Origin: a virus
Reading direction: 5' to 3' (one strand)
DNA: 64,000 nucleotides
Virus record (IMG/VR): IMGVR_UViG_3300042894_003945
Location: 64,001 to 128,000 of that record
Position 1 is the stretch's first letter. The number at the start of each line of letters is the position of its first letter. Position numbers and translations under genes: made by a program. The notes beneath the pieces are model-generated. The model was not told the DNA's origin. It saw only the letters and a program-made list of their open reading frames with translations, and did not search any database. Below are positions 18,373 through 28,700 of the stretch, in pieces.

Positions 18373-20013
18373 TTAGAATCCGCTGTTGAGGTCAGCAACT
18401 TCAACTTTACCGAAGAATTCGGAACGCAACATTTTCTTAGCGTACCTGGTCATAAGACCTTTTCTTGGTGTGAAAGTTTCTGGATCATACAACAATGGAG
18501 TCATGATCAATGGAATGTAAGGGGCAAATACCGCACCTGTTTCCAAGAACTGGCTACCTTTGTAAGCCAATAGGATGGTGTTCTCATTCATGTATGGGTT
18601 AACATACACTTTGTAACGGCTATTCAATTGACCAGCTTTGTGTGAACCCATTGCAAATTCTTCTTTGCTACCATCGGTATCAGCGGCATAGCCAGGGATA
18701 GATTCGATGATTGTAGCGATAGAAGGTCCGCACATAAGTACGTTAGCTTGACCACGCAAAGTCTTTTGGTGGATCTTACGAGCTACACCTTGGATCTTAG
18801 TACCAAGAGTGGCGAACCACTGACCTTGAGTGTTATAGTAACCACCTGCACCAGCAGTTTGTTGAGACCAAGTACCTGCTACTCTGTTGTAGAAAGTGTT
18901 GGCAGCAGCTGACCAGTAATCAGTGGTGTTAGCGTTTTGGATCAACATGTCGATGATTTCGAGGTCGATCTCAAGAGAGATATATTCTGACAGAGTAGAA
19001 GTCAACTCAGCTTCAGCATCAAGAGACTGGTATGCATTCAGGTCTTGGCTGAATTCAGGAGTCCACTTTGCTTTTAACTTTCTAGTTTTAGCAACTACAG
19101 CCTCAGAACGAAGTTCAACGTTGATCTCAGGGATAGCGTTAGAACCAGTCAAAGGAGATGATGCTGCATCTTCGAAGTCACCACGGCTGTTGTCAGCAGG
19201 TTGCTTCTGATAGAATACTACGCCAGAACCAGAACCCAAGTTCAATTGACCAGCAGAGCCAGATACAATGAAAGAAAGGGTATCGTTAGAAGCGTAAGAA
19301 GTAAATTCAGCAAACAAGTTGCTTTCGTTTACACCACTACCAGTTACGATGAAACCACGTACAGCGTTGATGTCGAGGTTAGTCAAAGAACCGCTAGCAG
19401 AAGTTACTGACAACTTACGAAGTCTACCAGCAGCAGCAGATGCACTGTAGATAGAGTTGAAGTTAACGTCAGCAGCAGATGCTGTTGTGATAGTGTAGTT
19501 TACAGATGCAGAGTAGTTGTTGATTGAGTAACCAAAACGACCTGCGCCGTAAAGACCACCAGAAGGATCAACATCTTTTACATTTGTAGTACCGTACATG
19601 CTGTCACCAGATGTGAAACGGTTTTGTTGAGCTGTACCAGGACGGTTGTTACCATACTTGAATTCTAAGAAGAATACAAGACCAGCAGGTAAAGTCATTG
19701 GTTGTACGCTAACGAACTCTTTAGAAGAGATTTCAGCGAAGATTTTACGAACCAATGGAAGAGCTACACCAGCCCATTGCTCGCCAGCACCTACGGTGAA
19801 TGTTCCACCAGTACCAGTTTGTGATTGTTCTACGAGAAGCTGCTTAGCTTGGTTCTCAAGGATGATAGACATCCTTTCTCTACCATAGGCCTGGTTCTTA
19901 AGGTCGTTACCTTCAAGAAGACCCGTAGCTTCCCACTTCTTTACTAACCTTTGCGCCTCAGTCATCTGAGATGCGTACGGGTTAGAACTTTCGAGGAGAG
20001 ATTGTACGTTCAT
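18373..20013 (-). CDS. gp23: Major capsid protein (T4 gp23-like)
   Basis: VSVQPMTLPAGLVFFL, AKTRKLKAKWTPEFSQDLNAY, EIDLEIIDML and FAPYIPL...DPETFTPRKGLMTRY. Confidence 0.95.
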   Translation of the reverse strand: MNVQSLLESSNPYASQMTEAQRLVKKWEATGLLEGNDLKNQAYGRERMSIILENQAKQLLVEQSQTGTGGTFTVGAGEQWAGVALPLVRKIFAEISSKEFVSVQPMTLPAGLVFFLEFKYGNNRPGTAQQNRFTSGDSMYGTTNVKDVDPSGGLYGAGRFGYSINNYSASVNYTITTASAADVNFNSIYSASAAAGRLRKLSVTSASGSLTNLDINAVRGFIVTGSGVNESNLFAEFTSYASNDTLSFIVSGSAGQLNLGSGSGVVFYQKQPADNSRGDFEDAASSPLTGSNAIPEINVELRSEAVVAKTRKLKAKWTPEFSQDLNAYQSLDAEAELTSTLSEYISLEIDLEIIDMLIQNANTTDYWSAAANTFYNRVAGTWSQQTAGAGGYYNTQGQWFATLGTKIQGVARKIHQKTLRGQANVLMCGPSIATIIESIPGYAADTDGSKEEFAMGSHKAGQLNSRYKVYVNPYMNENTILLAYKGSQFLETGAVFAPYIPLIMTPLLYDPETFTPRKGLMTRYAKKMLRSEFFGKVEVADLNSGF

Positions 20014-20038
20014 TTTTTGTTTTTTTTATTTTGTTTTT

Positions 20039-21226
20039 TTATTTGATAATACCAGCGAGTTTCTGCCACCTAGATACTTGCGCATCAGCATCAGTAATCA
20101 CGCCTTCATTTATAACACGCTTAGTTGAGGTACCGGCTGCCTTAGAAGCAAATCCCATAGACTCTTTAAGACCTACTTTAGTATTGTCGTTCTTAACGCT
20201 GAAAGCTTGATCTAAAGATTCATGTACAATTTTAGCTTCTTTAGTTGTGCTAGCTTTGTCAAATGCGCTAATAACTTTTAATTTTTGTTGTTCAGAAAGA
20301 TTGTACTTACGTAAAATCTTATTTAAGTAAAGAAGTTTAGCGTTGATCAAGTTAGTTTCGTTAACTTTTTGAGCTAACTCAGCAGCTTGACGCTTAATTT
20401 CCTGTAGTTCTTCACTATCATTCTTTTTATCCATCATACCTTTTTCTTCCTTCTTTTCTTCAAGCCCCTTTGCTTTAGCTGCGCTTTGTGCAATTGATTG
20501 AAGCTTTTTGAAAATATCAGGATGTTTTTGTTCAAGGTAATCTGATAATTTAGCGATGCCAGCGCCTGCAGCTCCTAATGCTGCGCCGCCTGCTAATCCC
20601 TGTAAAATATCCATCATTGTAGAAGCGTCTTCTTTTACTACTTCCTCATCATCAGCTTCTTCTTCCATATTGTAGCCTTCATCGTCACCACCATCTTCCA
20701 TTTCAGCAAGAAGTGCAGCGATGTCGATTTCTTCGTCTACTGATTTTTCATTATCATCGTCTCCATTTTCTTCCTCAGAATCATCATCGTCAGAATGGCT
20801 TTTCTTACCTTCTTTTTGTGGCTCCATGTCATCATCACCCTCGTCTTCAACTTCCATTACTTCCTTCTTTTCATCATCGTCATCACTGTCATCACCTTTT
20901 TCACCTTTTTCAAGTTCAGCTATGATTTCATCAAGATCGAAAGCTTCGTCAGCGTCACCTTCTATGTCTCCTTCAGCTTCTTCTTCCATACCGTAGCCTT
21001 CGTCATCACCTTCTTTTTCATGCTTTTCCTCTTCCATTTTATTATCATCATCAGAATCTTCGTACTCTTCTTCAAGATCGTCAGCTTCTTCTGATAAACG
21101 AGCGGCAAGCATTGCCTTAACTTTAGAATCAAAAGCTTCGTTTAAACTAGCTTTTGCATTCTCAATAGCCATTTTTTTGATAGCATCCGCTTCTGCGATT
21201 GCTTCTTTGAGCAAATTTGTGTTCAT
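20039..21226 (-). CDS. Prohead scaffold/core protein (T4 gp22-like)
   Basis: Very acidic coiled-coil protein between protease and capsid genes; ends RWQKLAGII; many (L/I/V)xE sites. Confidence 0.75.
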   Translation of the reverse strand: MNTNLLKEAIAEADAIKKMAIENAKASLNEAFDSKVKAMLAARLSEEADDLEEEYEDSDDDNKMEEEKHEKEGDDEGYGMEEEAEGDIEGDADEAFDLDEIIAELEKGEKGDDSDDDDEKKEVMEVEDEGDDDMEPQKEGKKSHSDDDDSEEENGDDDNEKSVDEEIDIAALLAEMEDGGDDEGYNMEEEADDEEVVKEDASTMMDILQGLAGGAALGAAGAGIAKLSDYLEQKHPDIFKKLQSIAQSAAKAKGLEEKKEEKGMMDKKNDSEELQEIKRQAAELAQKVNETNLINAKLLYLNKILRKYNLSEQQKLKVISAFDKASTTKEAKIVHESLDQAFSVKNDNTKVGLKESMGFASKAAGTSTKRVINEGVITDADAQVSRWQKLAGIIK

Positions 21227-21331
21227 TTTTCCTTAAATTTTTTTTTGGATTTACGCCTATTAAAGAGGTGTAATAGATTTCTTTTTATTCAACTCTTTAT
21301 AAGAAAAAGAGTATTAGGCGAATATGTCTAC

Positions 21332-21340
21332 AATAAATAT
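21332..21340 (-). promoter_or_regulatory. ATATTTATT variant motif, candidate late promoter for scaffold/capsid
   Basis: Intergenic, about 105 nt upstream of the scaffold ATG. Confidence 0.45.
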
Positions 21341-21384
21341 ATAAAAAAAGTAAAAAAAATATATTTTATATAAATTTTTTACTC

Positions 21385-21993
21385 TTAGCAATGACAAACC
21401 CCTGTATTATTACAGATAAGGTCTTTTATAATAGTATCTATATTCTGAAAAGATTGTGTCATTTCGTATCCTTCTTTCAAGGTTAAATTAGCCCCTTGTG
21501 TAGATTCAAAAGATACTAAATCAAATGTCAACAATTTAAAATCGTCATTAACTACTACAGTTCCATCGTGAGATTCTTGAACACTTCCCATACCTCTAGA
21601 GCTAATCCCTACTGGAATTCCTCTACGAAGTAGCCCTGCAGCGATTCTACCTGCTGGGAACTCATCTCCATCTAAAATCTCAATATCTCCCATAACATCA
21701 TCTCCTTTCCAGTAAATGTTTACTATATTATGAGATACGTTTTTAAGGTTAACCACATTAGAATCGCTATGATCTAGCTCCCCTAAAGCACGGTTTTGCT
21801 TAACCATGTTGCTGTTATACTCTTCTATTTCTTTGCGCAGTACTCCTTCAGGATACACCCTACCATTCCTATTTTTAGCATTAGCCCTTTGTATGACTAC
21901 ATTCTTAATAATCATCTTCTCACCAGGCTTGTAAGCCTCAGTAAGCTTTATAGGACTTATATCTAACTTATAATATTCTGTAAGTACTTGCAT
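21385..21993 (-). CDS. gp21: Prohead protease (T4 gp21-like)
   Basis: KNRNGRVYP, ALGELDH, VSH, GISSRGMGS and TFDLVS are gp21 family motifs. Confidence 0.93.
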   Translation of the reverse strand: MQVLTEYYKLDISPIKLTEAYKPGEKMIIKNVVIQRANAKNRNGRVYPEGVLRKEIEEYNSNMVKQNRALGELDHSDSNVVNLKNVSHNIVNIYWKGDDVMGDIEILDGDEFPAGRIAAGLLRRGIPVGISSRGMGSVQESHDGTVVVNDDFKLLTFDLVSFESTQGANLTLKEGYEMTQSFQNIDTIIKDLICNNTGVCHC

Positions 21994-22004
21994 GTTATAT
22001 ATAA

Positions 22005-25000
22005 TTATCTATATTTGTTCATTTGTCTATCGGATATTACCTGTAGTGCTTGTAGTATTTTACTTTTAGGATCTATATCTTTTCTAGCTCCTTTTTCTGA
22101 GGCTTTTTGTATAAACTTTACTATTGTTTTTTCTACGTGACCTAAATTAGGATTTTTTTGTATTCCTTTAGACAATGTTCTATCTCTCATGTAATCACTA
22201 GCTAACTCTTCAGCATTTTTAAGCTGCTGGTCCATTGGGACATTGTCATCAAACATAGAGTCTATTTCTTTTTCGTCAGCCTCAGCCACTCTACCGCCTC
22301 TCATAGTCAATGTATTTGGTTCAAAAGGACGTGCCATTTGAGATCCTAATGGACTATCAGCCATATCATTTAAATCGTCAGGACGAGCTATTTCGTAGCC
22401 TTTAGGAGCATAAGAGTTAAATATGGCAACTCCTTCATCTCCTAACTCATGAACAAGCTTATTTACAATAGAATGTTTTTCTGTTCCGTTATACCTTACA
22501 TAAGGATCTTTGTTATCTTGAAATCCCCATTCGTATTTTTTCATGTATTCTTCAAGACGCTTTTTTTTTACTTCAGGACCTTGTGCGCCCATATATTGGT
22601 CTATACCTGCTTCTTGAAGAGCTTTTCTAATACGTGTACGGATATACGCCTCTAGTTTAGACTCTGTTGCTGGGCTTGGGAATACTCTATCTAAAACTCC
22701 TTTAAGAGGTTCTTTAATATCATTTATTTTTCTAGGAGATCCAAATTGATCACTATTATCTGGGTTATATACCCCTGTTACATTTCCACTCTTTGTACCA
22801 GTAAATGTAGCTTGAGAATTGTCATCTAGAGTAATAACTAATTCATTTTTTTCTTTATTAAAAGTAGCCTTTACAGCATTTCCTGTAACCTGCGCCACTT
22901 TGTCCAAATCATTTGGGTCTGATTCTATGACAAAAGATATTTGTGTTTTTAACTTAGCTTCGTCTTCTTTGGAAAGTTCTTCTTTTACATTTTTTTCTGA
23001 TACGTCACTTTTTCTAGTTAGATTTATTCCGTATTTAGGTAGATTTATTTTACTAACAGTAATATAATTAGTAGAACCCAAACTATTCTTAAGATCATCT
23101 GCTTCTTTTTCTGTAGGAAATCCTTTAATAACACGTTTATCAGCTTTATTTACTACAAAGTACAAAGCTGGTCCTCCTTTTTCTGATTTTACAGGTTCAT
23201 TTAATGGAACGGGGCTGTTTACTTTTAAAACTCCTTTTACAGTATCGTATATTGTGTTTCCAGTGTCTTTAGATATGCCTCTTTTTTTCTCCATTTCAAA
23301 ATCAAATGAAGGTTGTTTTTGAGCCCCGGCGTCTATTTTAAAATCAGGAACAAGTTTTTTAATCCTACTTAAAGGCATGATTAAATCTTCGCTTTTTTTG
23401 TCTCCTATTTTAAAATTAACGCTATACACTTTATCCCCAGGTTGCACCTTTCCTACTAATGCCGCTACGTCTTTTGGATTTGTAGGATCAAAATAAGAAT
23501 CATCGGCTGTTCTAACTTTCTTTTCTCCTGAAAGGCTTCTATACCCTCTTAGTTTCTTTTCTGCATCTTGTGTTTTAGGTTCTTCCCCTTTAGTAGGTTT
23601 ATTTTTTTTATACTCTTCTTCCGGTACTATAGACTCCACTCCACTTAATTTTGGAGTTCTTGAAAGTCTTTCAATATTCTCAGCTTGTCTTTTATCTAAA
23701 AACACTTTGTATATTCCAGGTGCATATTTAGACACTTTACCTGAATCATACCTTTTTGCTAGATCAAGTGCAGGTGCAGTAAAATTTCCTTCATCATCAG
23801 TAGCAAGAGTTACTGCGTAGTATTGTTTTTCCCTTTTTTGTATATCTTCAGATATTCTTTGGCTGCTTTTCATTTGTTTCATTTTATCGTACGCGTATTT
23901 AATTCTATTATATAAATCTGGATTTTCTGTAAAACCCTTTATATAATTTTTTATATCTTCTATTATCCTGTCTGTATCTTTTTCACTAACGCTGAGATCT
24001 AAAATAGATTTTAAAAAATCTATCATTTTATTATAATACTTTTTATGAGATAATTTTTTATCTTCTTCATCTCTGGTATCGTCTACAGAATCAGAGTAGT
24101 TTTGTATTATATTCCTTAGTGTAGATACATTATTTCGATCAGTTATAAAACTATCAACTTTGCCTTTTGTCTTACTGTCAGTTTTTTTTGTAGGAACAGC
24201 AGGTTTTTCTTTTTTCACATCAGCACTTGCCGATTTTTTTGGATCTTCAGTCGCACTACCATCCTCACTTCCAGAATAATAATATTTCTCAAAAGAGCTA
24301 TAAAGTTTTGGCCTTTCTAATGTAGTTTCTAGACTGTTAAGTACTGAATCTTCAAAATCCTCATTACCCTCTGCTTCTATTTTTACAAACTTTTTTATTT
24401 CGTCAGAAAGATTTTTTCTAACTTCTTCTTCTTTTTTAGAAGCTTTTACTCTTTCTTCTTGTGAGGCATTTAAATTATATTTAGTTGCAAAATTTACTAT
24501 AAGACTCTTTATATACTTTTGTATTTCTGGTCTTAGGAAAAATTCAGCAATTTTTAATTTTTCTGGTTTTGCGGCCGTAGGGTCTTTTCTTTTAAGTTTT
24601 TTATTCCTTTCTATATCTTCTAAATAAGTTAGATAATCCATTAAAGATGTGTTTCTAACTCCTATCCCTTTTTCATATATATCTTTAAGAGGTACCAACT
24701 CCAGTTTATGTTCGTCTGATAAATTTTTATTGGTTTTCTCTAGTTGATCTTTTGATAAGTAAATAAAATTTTTAGTTGCAAACTTTTTAACAACATCAGA
24801 ACCTTTTGCACCTCTATTATATTCTTTAGTTGACGTATAGTATATATCTTTGCTATGCTCTGGTTGATCACTTGGTACTATAGAAGCTGCTATTTTATAA
24901 TTATTTTTTAAACTGTCATATTCTGACTTTGTTAGTTTTCTATATATTACGTAGTAATGTCTTTTTTGACTATCAACTATATTTTTAAAAGCTATTTCGT

Positions 25001-25148
25001 GTACGCTTCCTTCTGAAAAAGAAGACTTCGTAGATGGGTAAGTATCTCTAGTTCGTAGAGGAGTACTCCCAGCATCTGCTACTTTTAAAGATTTTATTTT
25101 ATCTAAATCTTCTTTTAAGCTATAAAATATTATATCACTAAAAGTCAT
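22005..25148 (-). CDS. Large Lys/Glu-rich hypothetical protein, candidate processed internal head protein
   Basis: 1047-aa ORF in the head cluster with multiple (L/I/V)xE sites (LKED, ISED, VKEE, LQEA, VAEA). Confidence 0.6.
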   Translation of the reverse strand: MTFSDIIFYSLKEDLDKIKSLKVADAGSTPLRTRDTYPSTKSSFSEGSVHEIAFKNIVDSQKRHYYVIYRKLTKSEYDSLKNNYKIAASIVPSDQPEHSKDIYYTSTKEYNRGAKGSDVVKKFATKNFIYLSKDQLEKTNKNLSDEHKLELVPLKDIYEKGIGVRNTSLMDYLTYLEDIERNKKLKRKDPTAAKPEKLKIAEFFLRPEIQKYIKSLIVNFATKYNLNASQEERVKASKKEEEVRKNLSDEIKKFVKIEAEGNEDFEDSVLNSLETTLERPKLYSSFEKYYYSGSEDGSATEDPKKSASADVKKEKPAVPTKKTDSKTKGKVDSFITDRNNVSTLRNIIQNYSDSVDDTRDEEDKKLSHKKYYNKMIDFLKSILDLSVSEKDTDRIIEDIKNYIKGFTENPDLYNRIKYAYDKMKQMKSSQRISEDIQKREKQYYAVTLATDDEGNFTAPALDLAKRYDSGKVSKYAPGIYKVFLDKRQAENIERLSRTPKLSGVESIVPEEEYKKNKPTKGEEPKTQDAEKKLRGYRSLSGEKKVRTADDSYFDPTNPKDVAALVGKVQPGDKVYSVNFKIGDKKSEDLIMPLSRIKKLVPDFKIDAGAQKQPSFDFEMEKKRGISKDTGNTIYDTVKGVLKVNSPVPLNEPVKSEKGGPALYFVVNKADKRVIKGFPTEKEADDLKNSLGSTNYITVSKINLPKYGINLTRKSDVSEKNVKEELSKEDEAKLKTQISFVIESDPNDLDKVAQVTGNAVKATFNKEKNELVITLDDNSQATFTGTKSGNVTGVYNPDNSDQFGSPRKINDIKEPLKGVLDRVFPSPATESKLEAYIRTRIRKALQEAGIDQYMGAQGPEVKKKRLEEYMKKYEWGFQDNKDPYVRYNGTEKHSIVNKLVHELGDEGVAIFNSYAPKGYEIARPDDLNDMADSPLGSQMARPFEPNTLTMRGGRVAEADEKEIDSMFDDNVPMDQQLKNAEELASDYMRDRTLSKGIQKNPNLGHVEKTIVKFIQKASEKGARKDIDPKSKILQALQVISDRQMNKYR

Positions 25149-25153
25149 TGTTA

Positions 25154-25702
25154 TTATTTTTTAATAACTTTCTTTTTAGGTGCATTTTTCATCTGATTTT
25201 CCTTGTCCTTAAAGTTTTTCTTTTTGACTTCAATAGGAAGATCAGCACGATTTTTCTTTTTAGCTTTGTACTCAATCATATCTAATCGAGTATAATAGTT
25301 TGGATCCTCAGCTAGATGATCTAAAGCAATTTCTTTAGCTTTATCTATATCATCAGTATGCTCAAGTTCGTGTTTCCATCCTTTACTAAACTCGTAATAG
25401 TTAACTTGATCAGGAGTAAGTTTATCTCCTTTTCCACCTTTAAGCTTTTGTTTCTTACCTTCAGTAAGAGACTCTTGCAATGATTTAAAAGCACTGAAAA
25501 AGTTATATCCTTGCTTTACTTCTGACTTTGATTCTGCATCCCACAAGTGTCCTTTTCCTTTTAATTTAGACACTGTGTCATCATAAGACATTGTGTTGGT
25601 AATAGAATCCTGATATAGAGGATTTCTTCTTACATGCCATAAGAATTCAGACTTAGACATTTCCTCTTTTATCACTTTTTGATATAGTTGCTGTGTTGTC
25701 AT
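25154..25702 (-). CDS. Hypothetical head-cluster protein with DUF5661-like motif
   Basis: G..HELEHTDD...AKEIALDHLAEDPNYYTRL motif; basic C-terminus. Confidence 0.65.
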   Translation of the reverse strand: MTTQQLYQKVIKEEMSKSEFLWHVRRNPLYQDSITNTMSYDDTVSKLKGKGHLWDAESKSEVKQGYNFFSAFKSLQESLTEGKKQKLKGGKGDKLTPDQVNYYEFSKGWKHELEHTDDIDKAKEIALDHLAEDPNYYTRLDMIEYKAKKKNRADLPIEVKKKNFKDKENQMKNAPKKKVIKK

Positions 25703-25703
25703 T

Positions 25704-25961
25704 TTATAATCCTTTTTTAAAAAGTCTTTTATATTCAGAAGCCAAGTCTATAGACTCAGCCCATTTTCCTATTTTTTTAGTTACAAGTATTCCTTTTTTT
25801 CTTTTAGCTTTTGTACCTCCAGCTCCACCAAAAGCATACTTCGTTGCTACTCCCTCACCGTCTCCAGGAGTAACATGTCCTTGATCTGCTGCAGGAGCTC
25901 CTCCCCCAGTAGTAGACATTTCTTTTACTTTATTTTTTGGTATTTTCGAGTTCTTTTTCAA
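25704..25961 (-). CDS. Small hypothetical head-cluster protein
   Basis: TTG start (or ATG at about 25919); contains VKEMSTTGG...TKYAF. Confidence 0.5.
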   Translation of the reverse strand: MKKNSKIPKNKVKEMSTTGGGAPAADQGHVTPGDGEGVATKYAFGGAGGTKAKRKKGILVTKKIGKWAESIDLASEYKRLFKKGL

Positions 25962-26778
25962 GTTGATAAAAATATAATAAATTTTCTAACTCTAAATCAG
26001 ATACTAATCTTCCAGAAGGTACAGTCCTTATTATGTTTATTACTTCGTCTAATTTAATCTTTCTTACAGGATCCGATATATTTTTAGACAAACTAGATAA
26101 CTTTGTTTTTAGCCTGTCGTATTCTTCATTTACGTACTCCTTAAAAGATTCAGGAGTTGATATATCGCTTATGTACCTTTTTAAAAGTTTCTTTTGGCTT
26201 TCATTTAAATCAGCGTACTTCTCATTAAACTTCTGAATCATTAATTTGTACACAAGAGCCTTGGTACCTTTATCATAACTAGCAAATTCTGCTAGTACAG
26301 GATCCACATCCTTAGTCTTATGGCTAACACAAATGTCTTCCATTATGGAAAACTTGTATTTAATCTCAGATTCTGGGTCTATTTTATCGCTTTGGTTTAC
26401 TTCGAAAAGCATGTACACAGAAGCAAGAGTTTTATAATTTTCTATTTTAGTTTTAAAAAAATCTTCTAAATTATAATTTTCTTTTATCTGAGATATTAGC
26501 TCGTATTTTTGTCTTGCCAATACGTTTTTATTGATCTTTTTATGTGCTTGTAAAGCAGTATCAATTACTGTATTTGCCTTGGCTTCAGATAAGTTCTTGT
26601 TTGAAAGCAAAGCTTTGTATATACGGTACTCTTTGGCAATAAGAGTATCGTTGAAATTCTTTTTAAGAATATCCACAGCTTTAGACTCCTTATTATTGAG
26701 GGTATCAGTAGTTATCTGCCTGATTAACAGCTCAAAAAGCAGTCCCGTGTTTCGAAGTTTATTATGTTTAAGCTTCAT
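25930..26778 (-). CDS. Conserved hypothetical protein next to portal (possible prohead core component)
   Basis: Helical 282-aa ORF (MKLKHNKLRNTGLLFELL...) directly downstream of the portal. Confidence 0.65.
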   Translation of the reverse strand: MKLKHNKLRNTGLLFELLIRQITTDTLNNKESKAVDILKKNFNDTLIAKEYRIYKALLSNKNLSEAKANTVIDTALQAHKKINKNVLARQKYELISQIKENYNLEDFFKTKIENYKTLASVYMLFEVNQSDKIDPESEIKYKFSIMEDICVSHKTKDVDPVLAEFASYDKGTKALVYKLMIQKFNEKYADLNESQKKLLKRYISDISTPESFKEYVNEEYDRLKTKLSSLSKNISDPVRKIKLDEVINIIRTVPSGRLVSDLELENLLYFYQLEKELENTKK

Positions 26779-26793
26779 TGTATATTGATCTTC

Positions 26794-26802
26794 TATAAAT
26801 AT
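26794..26802 (-). promoter_or_regulatory. ATATTTATA motif, candidate late promoter
   Basis: Sits in the 26-nt gap upstream of ATG 26778. Confidence 0.55.
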
Positions 26803-26804
26803 TA

Positions 26805-28658
26805 CTAAATATCTTCATTAAGTATGTTACTCTCGTCTAAAAGCTGAGATTCATCTCTTTTTTCTTCAAAAAGGACTATTTTCTTCTTTCTTTTAGTTTC
26901 CAACCCCTTTAAAGAGGTTTCTAACTGGAATGTGCTTATTTTATCCTTCCTAGTCTTGTCAAACGGAGTTTCAGGTTTCATACCCTTCGATCCTAAAGGA
27001 TCTCTTCCAAAAGCAGACTTGTCTGTTTTGAATATGGAAGCTTTCTCTTTAGGTCTTCCAACAGGGTTTTTTTCCATTTCATCATATCCATCAGGCACAT
27101 CAGAACTAGGCTTCTCATCATTACTAGAATAAACAGAAGCAAGGTCATGAGGAGTTCCGTAAGATTCTCCAGAAAGTGCTGGATCATTACCTTCGTTTTC
27201 TATTTGATTGTAGCGGAATGTTCTCTTGACATCTTCTACTATTAGATCTCTTTCTTGGTTGAGTTGGTCTTCAGACATTTGGAATATCTTATCCCCAATC
27301 CAATCACTAGAGAATATCTTTTTATCCATTATATCACCAGCAAGGGATACTTTTTCTTTCAGTAAAGCTATCTTCTCTTGTTCGTATATTATAGAAGGAT
27401 TGTTTAATTCTAATGCAAAATTTAGTAAATCAGCATCTTCAAATCCTTGTACATATAAATGAATTATAGCTATTTTTTCTAGTTCACTGATTATAATTCT
27501 TTGTAATCTTTCTATCGTTCTACTAAACCTAACATCTAAAGCACTTATGGTAGACTTTCCATTGAGTTCATCAGAGTAGTTTAAGAATGATTTAGGAACC
27601 TTTAGGGAACCTAGCATGAGATCTCTAAGGAATTCCACGTCTTCTATACCAGCGTACTCTAATCCTTTAGTAGTATCTATTTTAGTAGTGTTGTCTCCAG
27701 GACGTACAGGAATATAAAAATCTTCCAACATGTTCTGTACGTTGAACTTCAGGTTATAATCCCCTGTCTGATTATCTACAAATGGAGTTTTTTTCATTCC
27801 ATTAATAGTCTGTTGCACAAACGCATTAACTTCATTAGGAGGTATATTACCTACGTTGATGTAGAATACACGCTTCTCAGGAGCCCTCATAATCCTATGC
27901 AAAAGCATAGCATCCATCATGAGAGTATATTGCTTAAAATACTTCCTTGCAGGCTCTATGTAAGATCTACCAAATGGCAAATAATTAGTGTCTGTTAGTA
28001 ATCTAAAATGCGCTATTTCAAAATTCTCAAAAGATTCTTTATTCCTTGTAGCTGTAGTTCCTCCAGCAACGGCTACAGGATCGTACACAAATTTAATGTA
28101 TGATGGATTGTTTGGATCCTGTCCTTCTTCTCTTATCATATCATAAACAGACAGAGGACTAACATTATATACCCCGTATTTTTCAGCGATATCCAACTTA
28201 AGAAAGAAATCTCCGTATTTACACATAGATCTAATCCACATAGGCAGATTAAATTCAATGTTTAACACTTGATAAAAAAGGTTGTATAAAATTTTTTGTA
28301 TATTTTCATTACTACTTCTAATCTTAAGAACCTCATTAGTTTCTCCTTTTAGAGTAGCTTCTTCACATAGGATGTCTAAAACAGAAGATATAATACCATC
28401 TGTGTCCATAGCCTCATAATCTGCATACAACTGAAGTCTAAGTGTTTGATAGTTTAAGGTAGGGTTAAATTGCATCCTTTGGCCTGCCTTATGAAGCCTG
28501 GTAAATCTATCTACAAGAGAGTTGGTTTGTAATTGACCAAAAGACTGTATTCTTTCTACATCTGCCACCTTCAATTGCTTACCTCCAACATTGCGGATAA
28601 CCACATCTGTTGAGAATAAACGTTTGAGCCTCGGAAATAAACTTTTGTCTACTGGCAT
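26805..28658 (-). CDS. gp20: Portal protein (T4 gp20-like)
   Basis: MDAMLLHRIMRAPEKRVFYINVGNIP, NMLEDFYIPVR, IDTTKG and DVRFSRTIERLQ. Confidence 0.93.
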   Translation of the reverse strand: MPVDKSLFPRLKRLFSTDVVIRNVGGKQLKVADVERIQSFGQLQTNSLVDRFTRLHKAGQRMQFNPTLNYQTLRLQLYADYEAMDTDGIISSVLDILCEEATLKGETNEVLKIRSSNENIQKILYNLFYQVLNIEFNLPMWIRSMCKYGDFFLKLDIAEKYGVYNVSPLSVYDMIREEGQDPNNPSYIKFVYDPVAVAGGTTATRNKESFENFEIAHFRLLTDTNYLPFGRSYIEPARKYFKQYTLMMDAMLLHRIMRAPEKRVFYINVGNIPPNEVNAFVQQTINGMKKTPFVDNQTGDYNLKFNVQNMLEDFYIPVRPGDNTTKIDTTKGLEYAGIEDVEFLRDLMLGSLKVPKSFLNYSDELNGKSTISALDVRFSRTIERLQRIIISELEKIAIIHLYVQGFEDADLLNFALELNNPSIIYEQEKIALLKEKVSLAGDIMDKKIFSSDWIGDKIFQMSEDQLNQERDLIVEDVKRTFRYNQIENEGNDPALSGESYGTPHDLASVYSSNDEKPSSDVPDGYDEMEKNPVGRPKEKASIFKTDKSAFGRDPLGSKGMKPETPFDKTRKDKISTFQLETSLKGLETKRKKKIVLFEEKRDESQLLDESNILNEDI

Positions 28659-28685
28659 TTATTTTTGAATTTACAGTTTAATATA

Positions 28686-28694
28686 TATAAATAT
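28686..28694 (-). promoter_or_regulatory. ATATTTATA motif, candidate late promoter
   Basis: Intergenic between terminase and portal. Confidence 0.55.
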
Positions 28695-28700
28695 TGATTT

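Noticed and set aside
18923-21094. Plus-strand ORFs opposite capsid and scaffold genes
   Set aside because: Antisense shadows of strongly biased coding sequence with no recognisable motifs.
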